A stretch of DNA of 64,000 bases from Mobula hypostoma (taxonomy: Eukaryota): contig NC_086097.1 in the NCBI RefSeq assembly GCF_963921235.1, forward strand, positions 111,726,001 through 111,790,000. The letters are read 5' to 3'. The notes below the pieces were generated by a model. The model was given only the letters and a program-made list of their open reading frames with translations. It made no database searches and was not told the origin of the DNA. How positions within the stretch are numbered: the first letter of the stretch is position 1; each line of letters opens with the position of its first letter. Shown one piece after another: positions 1-10,905 of the stretch. The position numbers and the translations under genes are program-made.

Positions 1-1372
1 ATGGTGAATGAACTTAAGTATTTTGTACCAGTTTTCAGTGTAAGGCACTAGCAGTATTCTGGAAGTTTGAGAGTGTCAAGGACAGAAGTGAGTGCAGTTG
101 CTATTACTAAGGATAATGTGGTTGGGAAGCTGAAAGGTCTGAAAGTAGATAAGCCACCTGGACCAGATGGACTTCACCCCAGGGTTCTGAAAGAGGTAGC
201 TGAAGAGACTGTGGAGGCATTAGTAGTGATATTTGAAAAGTTACTAGATTCTGGAATGGTAGATGTTGTTTACTTGGAGTTTCTGAAGGCTTTTGACAAG
301 GTCCTGAATATAAACTAAACAAGATAACAGCCACAGTGTTGGATAGGATATTGGCTGTCAACCAGTAGGCAAAGAGTGGGCATAAAAGATGCCTTTTCCA
401 ATTGGCTACCAGTGACTAGTGATGTTCCTCGAGGGTTGGTGTTGGGATTGCTTCTTTTCAGGTAATATGTCAATGATTTGGGTGACAGAGTTGATGGCTT
501 TATGGCCAAGTTTGTTGATGATACGAAGAAAGGTGAAGGAGTAAGTAGTGTTGAGGAAGCAAGGATTCTGCAAATAATTTGGCCAGATAAGGAGAATGGG
601 CAAAGTAGTGGCAGATGGAATAAAATGTAGGTAAGTATATGGTCATGCACTTTGATAGAAGGAATAAAGGTATGGACTCTTTTGTAAACAGGGGAAAAAA
701 AAAAATCAGGGATCAGAGGCCTAGGAGTCATCCTGCAGGATTCCCTGTCAGGTAACTTGCAGGTTTAGTCAGAGGTAAGGAAGGAAAGTGAGGGAACTAG
801 AATATAAAAGTGAGGATGTAATGCTGAGGCTTTATAAGGCATTGGTTTTGAATTGAATTGACTTTATTACTTACATCCTTCAAATACATGAGTGGTAACA
901 ATCTTTATGTCTCTATTCCAATGTGCAATTATAGTAATTTATAATAAATATGTACAATAGGATAGTTAATATAACATAGCAGTACAGTAGCATCAGCATG
1001 AATTAAGCAGTCTGATGGCCTGGTGGAAAAAGCTGTCCTGGAGCCTGTTGGTCCTGGCTTTTATGCTGCGGTACTGTTTCCCAGATGGTAGCAGCTGAAA
1101 CAGTTTTTGGTTGGGGTGACTTGGGTCTCCAATGATCCTTTGGGCCCTTTTCACTCACCTGTCTTTGTAAATATCCTGAATAGTGGAAAGTTCACATCTA
1201 CAGATGTGCTGGGCTGCACTGGAGAGGATTTGGAGAACCCAGGAATGAAAGGGTTAACATGCCAGGAGTATTTGGTGGCTCTGGGCCTGTACTCGCTGAA
1301 GTTCAGAAGAATGAGGAGGGCATCTCATTGAAAAGCCTTGATAGAGTGGATGTGCACAGGATGTTTCCTATA
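1..1372 (+). mobile_element. Degraded CR1-clade LINE ORF2 (RT) fragment, interrupted by a Rex1 tail and cut at an inversion breakpoint
   Basis: ORF 67..318 KLKGLKVDKPPGPDGLHPRVLKEVAE...VDVVYLEFLKAFDKV; downstream KFVDD (RT core) and LRLYKALV codons; continues at 1217-1372 (GLYSLKFRRMR). Confidence 0.9.
848..1216 (-). mobile_element. Rex1/Babar-type LINE 3' fragment inserted in CR1
   Basis: (ATTGA)n tail plus ACTTTATT (AATAAAGT on -); same 3' end as copies at 15760 and 31485-32001. Confidence 0.75.
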
Positions 1373-2030
1373 ATAAGTTCTGGCTCCTTCACCCTCGCTC
1401 CGCAGAAATGACAGCAACTTGTCTTTAAAGTTTCCATTCCTCGCTATGGGAAACTCAGCTTCCGGTTTGACATGCTCACCCACACTCTCCTCCTCCCAGA
1501 AAGTATGGACAGCCCATGGGCCCCACCTCTCCCGGGGCCCCAGTAGTACCAGGCAGTTCCACTGCTGTTACGTCAGCGCTAGTCTGAACTAAAACAAAGT
1601 CTTTGCCTGCCATTTTGTCAAACCTCCCCTCCATGATCGTAACTGTTCCTGATGCTTTAATGGTACCTAAAGTCCGAATTAACAATTTATTGGGTCTACA
1701 ACTGTCTACCTCACTCAATACACATGGATTCGTTAATAACCCCGTGGATTCACACCGCCGCTCAGCATCCATAAATACGTATTGTTATCACTTTACCGGA
1801 CAATAGTTTAACACACAACCTACTGGATCAATGCTCAGGAAAATCACACAGCATCCAATGAAATCGATCCTGGACAAGCCCCCACAAATGAAACCCCTGG
1901 TTTCCTTGGCTGCGCAAGTCTAGGGAAGACACAGTCCAGTCCTGCCAAACACGTGAGATTGAACCTGCTCTTCCACCCCAAACCTCGGTTTGTGTGGATG
2001 CTGTGTAATTTGCAATCCTGTTACAACTCA
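1373..2030 (-). mobile_element. 5' part of a Gypsy LTR retrotransposon with PNMA-like gag: LTR end, tRNA-Pro PBS, gag N-terminus
   Basis: On -: ...GGGGTTTCA (LTR end, 1889), then TGGGGGCTTGTCCAGGAT (1867-1884; 16/18 match to the complement of the tRNA-Pro 3' end), then ORF 1476..1772 CVLSEVD...FVLVQTSADVTAVELPGTTGAPGEVGP. Confidence 0.75.
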
Positions 2031-2182
2031 GTGCCAAGAAACAACAGACAGCGCCCTGCATACGATTATGTTTCATCTCTAACTTTATGACTTTTTGACT
2101 TTTCATCTTCTACTCACTTTAACTATTCACAGTAACAGAAATTTTGACCGGGTTGCCCTAACTTTTGCATGACACTGTATAT

Positions 2183-2262
2183 TAGGGGTTCCAACTTTTT
2201 TTAATGCCCTGGACCCTTACCATTAATGAGGGGGTCCATGGACCCCAGGTTTTGAACCCCTG
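2183..2262. mobile_element. Small hAT-type MITE
   Basis: Termini TAGGGGTTCCAAC / GTTTTGAACCCCTG; same family as 53758-53847. Confidence 0.6.
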
Positions 2263-2269
2263 CGTGATA

Positions 2270-2545
2270 TAAAGAAAACTTGCCCTTACATCTCACTTGA
2301 ACTAGTATTAGACATTTTGACCCTGGGAAAAATATACCTTCTGACTTGCATATTTATGCCTCTGGTAATCTTATAAACCTCTATCAGGTTTTCCCCCAGC
2401 CTCTGCTCTGCAGACAAGACAAACTAAGTTTGTCCAACCTCTCATTCCAGCACATGTCGTCTAATCCAGGCTGCTTTCCTATAGTCCTCTTCCACACCCT
2501 TTCTAAAACCTTGACATCCTTCCTATAGTGAGGCCTTCCATATTG
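2270..2545 (-). mobile_element. CR1 ORF2 C-terminal fragment
   Basis: ORF 2384..2593 PHYRKDVKVLERVWKRTIGKQPGLDDMCWNERLDKLSL. Confidence 0.8.
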
Positions 2546-2644
2546 TAGAGTAAGAGTGATTTGCTTGGTGTAGGAGGGAATGCAAGGGAACAAACCTGTT
2601 CCTGGGAAGATTTCTGAAGAACTATGATGTATTTCATTTGAAGA

Positions 2645-2722
2645 AAATCATAAAACCATAAGACACAGGAACAGAAATAGGCCATCGAGTGCTCGGCCAT
2701 TCCATCATGCTGATTTATTATC
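2645..2722 (-). mobile_element. CR1 3' UTR/tail fragment
   Basis: Reverse complement GATAATAAATCAGCATGATGGAATGG...GGCCTATTTCTGTTCCTGTGTCTTATGG matches CR1 3' ends seen elsewhere in the window (e.g. 22360-22420, 22862-22940). Confidence 0.7.
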
Positions 2723-4112
2723 TGCACATGAGACTTGGATGAACGGCAGTGCTCTGATGACATGAAAAGGCAATAATTGGTAGAGTCTGAGGGGACTGGC
2801 TGCTGACGTAGTGAGATTGTTAAAGGCACAGAACTCCTTCGCTTCTTCTACATGCAAGCGCTCGAATTTTCTTCTTGGTGCGACAGGAAGCCCAGAGGAG
2901 CCCATGACGGGGTTTCAGAACATGCTTCAGGAGAAGGGGGAGAGACTTTCCACCTACATTGTCTGGCTAGAGAGGCAGTTGAGTTGCTTACGTTGTAATG
3001 GGGGGCATTCAAACGGTTGAGGCAAATCAGTTAAGAGTGGCAAAAGGCGCATGGTCACAGGACGTGATCACCTGGGGTCTCTGAATGTCTCGTAAGAAGC
3101 ACCCCCCCCTCCCTCGTTTGTCAAGCTGAAAGTCAGAGAGGAAGAGAATGCAATGGAGGCACAGGAGGCCTCCATCAGCAGGGTACAGTCCTCGGTAGTA
3201 GCCCCCTTGACTGGTGACCACCGATAGGCCACCCCGGGGAGTGGTAAAGGAGCTCGTGGCGGAGTTTAGAACTGAGATGTCCCGTTTGGGATAGGTGGGT
3301 ATGGCAACTCCGCATGACAAGACCAACAGGGAGTCAAATCCCTTGGGTGGACAGACTAACCAGAAGGCTGCTGGTGAACGGGGTCCTATGAAAAGGGGAG
3401 CGACCGGTATTGTCTGTTATAACTGTGGTGAAGAGGGACACTTCAGGCGGGAGTGTGAAGGACAGGGAAAACCCTCGGAGAGTGAGCCGCTGGGTACCTA
3501 AGTGGAGAGACCCAGTGACAAACCGGCCTAGCATCTTGAGGGGAACACCCTGAAATAAAACACTCTATTCCAGAAGGCTTAGTGGGGCCGAGCTCCAGGG
3601 TATCACTATGGATTGAAGGCATTTGTGCTAGAGCCATATGTGACACCGGATCAAAGGTCACTTTGCTGTACCGTTCGTTTTACAACCGGTATTTGAGGCA
3701 TTTACTATTGATTCCACTCAGTGCGCTAGAGATCTGGGGTCTTAGTATGGATGACTATCTGTACGATGGTTACTTGTCATTGAAGCTGGAGTTTTTGGAG
3801 GCAGAGGAGGGAGTAGCTGAAGTCCTTGATACATTAGTGTCATTTGTTTGGACCCAGTCAAGAAGTGTGAAGATTCAATCCTGGTGGGGACAAATAATAC
3901 TATTGTGAGGAGGCTAGTGGGAGCTTGCAAGGAGAAAGTTGGAAAGAGCTTTCTGAAAACATTGTCCACCCACCCAGTGTTCCAAGTTGCTTTTGAGGAA
4001 GTGCATGGCTGCGCTGGGCTGGACGATGAGCATAACGAGGGAGAGTGCAGATCTCTCTTCGAGAATACGGTTGCTCCCTGGAGATGTTCAAACTGAGCAG
4101 AAAGAAGGGGAA
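2723..4112 (+). mobile_element. Gypsy gag (PNMA-like C-terminal domain, CCHC knuckle) and aspartic protease remnant
   Basis: LDERQCSDDMKRQ..LVES codons at ~2735; QEKGERLSTYIVWLERQL; CYNCGEEGHFRREC (ORF 3295..3501); AICDTGSKVTLL (ORF 3582..3908); many stops and frameshifts. Confidence 0.85.
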
Positions 4113-4229
4113 GAAACATAGAAAACATAGAAACATAGAAAACCTACAGCACAATACAGGCCCTTTGGCCCACAAAGCTGTGCCAAACACGTCCCTACCT
4201 TAGAACTACCTAGGCTTTATCCATAGCCC

Positions 4230-4424
4230 AAACAACAGGAATTCTGCAGATGCTGGAAATTCAAGCAACACACATCAAAGTTGCTGGTGAACGTAGCAGG
4301 CCAGGCAGCATCTCTAGGAAGACTAGTCCTGATGAAGGGTCTCGGCCTGAAACGTCGACTGTACCTCTTCCTAGAGATGCTGCCTGGCCTGCTGTGTTCA
4401 CCAGCAACTTTGATGTGTGTTGCT
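4230..4424. mobile_element. Fold-back Penelope-terminus insertion with hammerhead motif in the loop
   Basis: Arms ~4263-4322 and ~4367-4425 are reverse complements; flanked by near-duplicated GCTTTATCCATA(G/C)CCC (4214-4229 / 4422-4437). Confidence 0.85.
4325..4360 (+). ncRNA. Minimal type I hammerhead ribozyme motif (Penelope-associated)
   Basis: AGTC-CTGATGA-AGGGTCTCGGCCT-GAAAC-GTC-GACT: stem I AGTC/GACT, CUGAUGA and GAAA cores, GUC cleavage triplet, palindromic ACGT in place of stem III. Confidence 0.8.
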
Positions 4425-6769
4425 TTATCCATACCCCTCTTTTTTCATGGCCCCTTCTGGCTCTCCTAATTTCATTCTTAAGCTCCTTCCTGCTAGCCTT
4501 ATAATCTTCTAGATTCATATCATTACCTAGTGTTTTGAACCTTTCATAAGCTCTTCTTTTCTTCTTGACTAGATTTACAACAGCCTTTGTGCACTGCGGA
4601 TCTCGTACCTTACCATCCTTTCCATGTCTCATTAGAATGTACCTACTCAGAACACCAAACAAATATCCCCTGAATATTTGCCACATTTCTTCCTTGGGTT
4701 TCCCTGAGAACATTTGTTTCCAATTTATGCTTCCATGTTCCTGCCTAATAGCTTCATAGTTCCCCTAACTCCAATTAAACATTTCCCTAACTTGTCTATT
4801 CCTATCCCTCTCCAATGCTATGGTAAAGGAGATAGAATTGTGATTACTATCTCCAAAACGCTTTCCCACTGAGAGACCTGACACCTGACCAGGTTCACTT
4901 CCCAATACCAGATCAAGTACAGCCTCTCCTCTTGTAGGCTTATCTACATATTGTGTCAAGAAACCTTCCTTACAAACCTAACACACCTAACAAACTCTAC
5001 CCAATCTAAACCCCTCACTCTGAGGAGATGCCAATCTATATTTGGGAAATTAAAATCTCCCACCACAACAACTCTGTTATTACTACTCCTTTCCAGAATC
5101 TGTCTCCCTATCTGCTCCTTGATGTCCCTGTTACTATTGGGTGGTCTATAAAACACACCCAGTAGAGTTATTGACCTCTTCCTATTCCTAAGTTCCACCC
5201 ACAGAGACTCTGTAGACAACCTCTCCATGACTTCCTCCTTTTCTGCAGCTGTGACGCTATCTCTGATCAACAGTGCCACATCCACACCTTTTTTGCCTCC
5301 CTCCCTATCCTTTCTGAAAGATCTGAAGCCTGGCACTTGAATTAGCCATTCCTGCCCCTGCACCTTCCAAGTCTCTGTAATGGCCACAACATTGTAGCTC
5401 CAAGTGCTGATCCACGCTCTAAGCTCATCCGCTTTATTCACGATACTCCTCGCATTAAAATCGACACATCTCAAACCATCAGACTGAGCACGTCCCTTCT
5501 CTATCACCTGCCTATCCTCCCTTTTGCACTGTCTCCAAGCTTTCTCTATTTGTGAGCCAACCTCCCTTTCCTCCGTCACTTCAGTTCGGTTCCAAGCCCC
5601 CAGCAATTCTAATTTAAACTCTTCCCCCCCCCATAGCCTTTGCAAACCTCCCTGCCAGGATAATGGTCCCCCTCGGATTCAAGTGCAACCCATCCTTTTT
5701 GTACAGGTCACACCTGCCCCAGAAGAGGTCCCAGTGATCCAGAAATCTGAATCCCTGCTCCCTGCTCCAATCCCTTGGCCACACATTTATCCTCCACCTC
5801 ATTCTATTCCTATGCTCACTGTCATGTGGCACAGGCAGTAATCCTGAGATAACTACCTTTGAGGTCTTGCTTCTCAACTTCCTTCATAAGTCCCTGTAGT
5901 ATGTTTACAGGGCCTCTTCCCTTTTCCCTCTTATGTCGTTGGTACCAATATGTACCATGATCTCTGGCTGTTCTCCTTTCCACTTCAAGATATCGTGGAT
6001 GTGATCAGAAACATCCTGGACCCTGACACCTGGGAGGCAAACTACCATCCGAGTTTCTTTCTGCGTCCACAAAATCGCCTATCTGACCCCCTAGCTATAG
6101 AGTCCCCTATCACTGCTGCCATCCTCTTCCTTTCCCTACCCTTCTAAGCCACAGGGCCAGACTCTGTGCCAGAGGCGCAACCACTGTTGCTTCCCCCAGG
6201 TAGGCCATTCCCCCCCCCCAACAGTACTCAAACAGGAGTACTTATTGTTTAGGGGAACAGCCACTGGGGTATTCTCTAGTACCTGCTTGCCCTTCCCTCT
6301 CCTGACTGTTACCCACTTATCAGTCCCCCCAGGCCCTGGTGTGACTACCTGCCTATAGCTCCTCTCTATCACCTCCTCACTCTCCCTGACCAGACGAAGG
6401 TCATCGAGCTGCAGCTCCAGTTTCCTAACATGGTCTCTAAGGAGCTGCAGCTCGATGCACCAGGTGCAGATGTGGTTGTCCAGGAGGCTGGGAGTCTCCA
6501 GGACCTCCCACGTCTGACACCGAGCACAGAAAACTGGCCTCACGTACATACTTTCTGTCTTTGTTTTAAACAGATAACCTACCTGACCTTGACCTTTTAT
6601 CGCCGAAGCCCTGTTGAGCCAAAGCCTTCCTACTCTGTTTCCCACTACTCTGACACCCGCTCCTCCGACACCCGATCTGTAAATCTGTCTTCCCTTTAAA
6701 CTCTTTCCGCTGTTCTCACTGGCCGATCTTCACGCGCTTGTGCAGTCGTGTCCCGTTCAAACTGCTGAA

Positions 6770-7900
6770 GAAGGTAGTGGTTCTATACTGTGATGAAGGG
6801 CTGATATTCAATGCAGGGATGAAGCTGTCGTCCCACTTTCTCACAAAAAAGAAGCCCGCTCCTGCTAGCGAGGCTGACAGAGGGATAAGAACTGAGGCCA
6901 ACGCCTCTTTGATGTATTTTTCCATGACCACCATTTCAGGATGGGAGCGGGAAAAGAGCCGGTCCTGGGGAGGACTAGTAACAGATAAGAGGTCGATGGT
7001 GCAGTCGTATGGCCGATGTGGAGGCAGTGAGGTGGCCTTCTTCTTATAGAAGATCTCAAGGAGGTCAGCATATTTGGCAGGAACACCAGACAGGTCCACA
7101 CTTGCAGCTGGCACAGGAGGGGATACGCTGACAGGGGTTTGAGCTGGGGCCAGACAGGTAGACAGGCATTCCGGCCCCCACTCTTGGAGCACCTTTAGGG
7201 ACCAATCGATCCATGAGTTGTGTCGAGATAGCCCGTGAAGGCCAAGACTGAACAGCAGGTCAGGCAAATCAACAAGATAGATGGAGAACTGTTCCTTATG
7301 GTTGCCTTCTCGGAGAAGGAGGAGAGGAGGAGGCGGGAGGTGCTGATTCTGAGAGTGGGACTGTCCCGGCTGAATTGCGGCAGCAAGAGCTGACACCTGA
7401 TTCTGTTTCTCTGTGGTGAGTTGCTGAACTGTCTCTGCGGGTGCTGATCATTCTTCCTGCCTGGACTGGGTTTGCCGCCCTGAAAGTAATTGCCGTATTG
7501 CATGAGTCACTTCTGCCAACCTAATCGCTACTGACTTTAATTAGCTTCGGTTTGGGCTGGGCTCGCTGCTCTGTGAGTGGCTGTCACACTGTGTGAGCCA
7601 CTTCTACCAGTGCAGCCTCCACGGACTTTAACTTCTCTCCTGCCTGGCCAGTGAACGTCAGGGCCATGCTCAGCTGTCCTGTCTTCATTGGGTTCATTTT
7701 GGTGGTTGAGTCTTGGAGACAAGGATGTGCAGTGATGGCCCAAGTAAAGAAGGAGAGACATGGAAATGGATTGAACACTTCACTGATTTTTCATTAAAAC
7801 TGTGCAGAATAAAAGGAAAAATAATAAAAGCTAGACCAAAAAGGCAGTAAACTAAAACTTTCAAACTAAAGCTAATGCTGACGCTGCAGTTCAAAAACCA
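6770..7900 (-). mobile_element. 5' half of a Sushi-like chromoviral Gypsy element (LTR end, gag remnant, protease, RT start)
   Basis: ORF 6716..7396 LSRHNSWIDW...LPPHRPYDCTIDL...AGAGFFFVRK; LTR 3' part 7714-7900 resembles 14100-14276 in opposite orientation. Confidence 0.8.
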
Positions 7901-8089
7901 CTGGAGGGATGCTATAGTGTGCTGTTTAAAACAATTTTAACAGCCAGAAGATTTATTTGTAGACAACACACACCATTTCTTTAAAAATCTGCACATTCAA
8001 GGACCATAGAACATTACAGTACAGGAACAGACCCTTTGACCCTGGATATCTGTTATGAACATTTAGGTTTTCGCAAATAAGCTTATGAA

Positions 8090-10135
8090 AACTGTAACAA
8101 CACATCTATTGAAATCCAAAACCTGAACACAAAGCGTGCTAAAAGTCCTTTACGTAATTACCTCATCACGTCAGACCAGCCTCTTAAAGTGAACCCCAGC
8201 TCAATATTGGTGGTTGTGAATTCTGTACATTTCCATCATGGTGTAGGACACTCTTGGGTTCCTGCTGGGTTCCCCCATTTACATTACCCTGCAGAGGCAC
8301 ACCCCCCATGCTCCCGCCCCAGAATTCACTGAAGCTGGTATTGAGAGCCTGTCCAGAGCTCGGATGGTCCTATCATGGTCCTATGTTCTATAACGGAGGA
8401 ACAGCAGGTGCCTCTGTCTCATCCAGAGGAGCGTTGACATGTTTATGGTCGTGTCATGATGGCAGGAGCATGGTATGGAATCCGCCAAATCTTGGCGGGC
8501 TGGTTTAAGGTGGTCTATTGAAATACATTCAAGTCTACCCCTCTTATCTATGATAAAAGTCTTTTGTCTCCATTCCAAAATGCAGAACAGGGCATTGTAA
8601 GGGGACCTAGGGGAGTGTTGGTGTGTACATGGTGGATGAAAACAAATGAGGCTGAATGCAGGTCAACAAGAACACAGGAGAAGGGTAGAATATTGCTGAG
8701 AGGCCGACAGGCAGTTGTGGCATCAGGAATAAAATCAGCTGGCACTTGTAACAGCTGCCCTTATATCAATTCAGCTGCGGATGACTTCAAGTCCTGTTTT
8801 GGAGATGTTCTGTGCCTCAGCAGGACCCGTAAGAGATGGTCATGCCAGCACTCATCTCTTAGGGAAGCCCTCAGAGCAGTCCCGCATAGGCCATTGGACT
8901 GTGGGTGATACGCCATGGTGTGATGTAGCCTAACACCGAGGTTCTGGGGCCTTCGCAGCCCCGAGGTCTGATATGAACTAGGCACTGTGGTCAGAGGAAA
9001 TATCAGATTGGATATCAAACCCAGGCGCTGATGAATGCCCGAGTCATATCTGTGACCAATGCTAGAGGGACCTGGAGGTATGGAGGTAAGGAGGTGCATG
9101 AGACCGCAGGAGGAGGGAGGAGGACCATCAAGGTCCATATTGACATGGTCAAACCATCATACAGAGATGTCAAAAGGTGCCAGTGGTGCCTGGATAGGAC
9201 AGTTATTTTTTGCCTGCTGGCACTCCACACTGGCTGCAGTCCAATCACGCAAATTCTAAGGCCATTCCCCCAAGATTTAGTGCAAACAGTTTCTGTGAGA
9301 CCTTCTGGCCTGGATGTGGGAGGCTGTGTACGGAGTCAAAAACAGTTCGCCTCCAGATTGTGGGTACTGTGAGGTGAGGGCTACTGATTGAGACATCACA
9401 CAGGAGAGAAACCCCAGCTTCCCCGAACCTAATGTCGGCCAACTGCAGGCCCATGACTGCTGTTCGGTAAACCTGAACCTCTGGGTCGGTGGCTTGGTTG
9501 GCTGTCATGCCAGTGTAGTATTTTGTATATCAGTTGTGAATTCTGATATGTAGGCCAGTGGTGTCACTGCCATGCAGACCAAGGGTCTGATATCTTGGCC
9601 ATTGTGTACATGAGGGGTTTGTAGACAACAAACACTGTGAAAAGGCAACCTTCTAGAAGAAAACGAAAATAGTGGACAGCACAGACAGAGACTGAGAAGC
9701 TCACGGTCAAATATGCTGTGCTTTCTTTTGGGGGGTATAGAGCTGCTGGCTGAAGGAGGCGAGTGGCTGCCACATGCCTCCGACCAACTGTTTGTCCACA
9801 GCACTCTCAGCACAGGCTGAAACATCAGTAGTAATGGCTATAGGTACGTTGGGGAGTAGGTGCACCAGTAAGGTTGCATCGCTATCATCAAATATCCCGG
9901 TTACGTCCACTGACCAGTCCAATCACGCAAATTCTAAGGCCATGCCACACCAGGTTTAATGCAAACAGTTTCTATGAGATCTTCTGGCCTGGATGTGGGA
10001 GGCCATGTACGGAGTCAAAAACAGTTCACTTTCAGATTGTGGATACTATGGGGTGAGGGTGACCGATTGAGACATCACACAGGAGAGAAACCCCAGCTTC
10101 CCTGAACTTAACGTCAGTCAACCACAGGTCCATGA
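8090..10135 (-). mobile_element. Second Gypsy family: RNase H, integrase and 3' LTR remnants
   Basis: PIAITTDVS...WQPLASFS (9707..9922), KHSIFDRELL, HSLPHPG (integrase zinc-binding region), HHTMAYHPQSNGLC (8761..9138), CISIDHLKPA; G-rich PPT-like tract near 8300-8325. Confidence 0.85.
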
Positions 10136-10905
10136 GTAGAAGAAATGAAAGGGTTGACAATTTTCTAAATGGTGAGAAAATACAAAAAACTGAGGTGCAA
10201 AGGGACTTGGGAGTCCTTGTGCAGGATTCCCCAAAGGTTAATTTGCGGGTTGAGTCTGTGGTGAGGAAAGCAAGTACAATGTTAGCATTAATTTCAACAG
10301 GACTAGAATATAAAAGCAAGGATGTAATGTTGAGACTTTATAAAGCACTGGTGAGGCCTCACTTGGAGTATTGTGAGCAGCTTTGGGCCCCTTTTCTTAG
10401 AAAGGATCTGCTGAAATTGGAGAGGGTTCAAAGGAGATTCACAAAAATGATTCCAGGATTGAATGGCTTGTCCTATGAACATCGTTTGATAGCTCTGGTC
10501 TTGTATTCACTGAAATTCAGAAGACTGAGGGGGTGACCTAAATGAAACCTATCGAATGGTGAAAACCTTCATAGAGTGGGTGTGGAGAGGATGTTTCCTA
10601 TGTTGCGAGAGTGTAAGATCCGAGGACATAGCCTCAGAATAGAGGGGTGTCTTTTTAGAATGGAGATGAGGAGGAATTTCTTAATCCAGAGAGTGGTGAA
10701 TCTGTGGAATTCTTTGCACAGATAACTGTGGAGGCCAAGTTTTTATGTATATTTAAGGCAGAAGTTGATAGATTCTTGATCAGTCAGGACATGAAGGGAT
10801 ATGGGGAGAAGGCAGGAGATTGGAGCCGAGAAGAAAATTGGATCATCCATAATGAAATGGCAGAGCAGACTCAATGGGTCAAGTGGATTAATTCTGCTCC
10901 TACAT
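10136..10905 (+). mobile_element. 5'-truncated CR1 (ORF2 C-terminus + 3' UTR)
   Basis: ORF 10132..10536 QRDLGVLV...LRLYKALVRPHLEYCEQLWAP...LERVQRRFTKMIPG. Confidence 0.93.

Larger units (their letters stand above)
4113..6765 (-). mobile_element. CR1 LINE with 5' UTR, ORF1 (zinc finger/coiled coil + SGNH esterase), APE endonuclease, internally deleted RT, and 3' tail
   Basis: ORF 6136..6645 CARCQTW...CTWC..LQLLRDHVRKLE; 5614..5877 VVISGLLPVP...DGLHLNPRG; 4956..5645 FNARSIVNK...AITETW...GVFYRPP...VGDFNFPNIDW; 4765..4959 PTRGEAVLDLV; (GAAACATA)n tail at 4113-4140. Confidence 0.92.

Noticed and set aside
1476..3908. Domesticated PNMA-family host gene
   Set aside because: Accompanied by LTR end, PBS and protease, and riddled with stops and frameshifts; it is a decayed Gypsy element.
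5614..5877. Captured host SGNH esterase gene
   Set aside because: An esterase domain is a known part of CR1 ORF1 and here sits in the expected position before the endonuclease.
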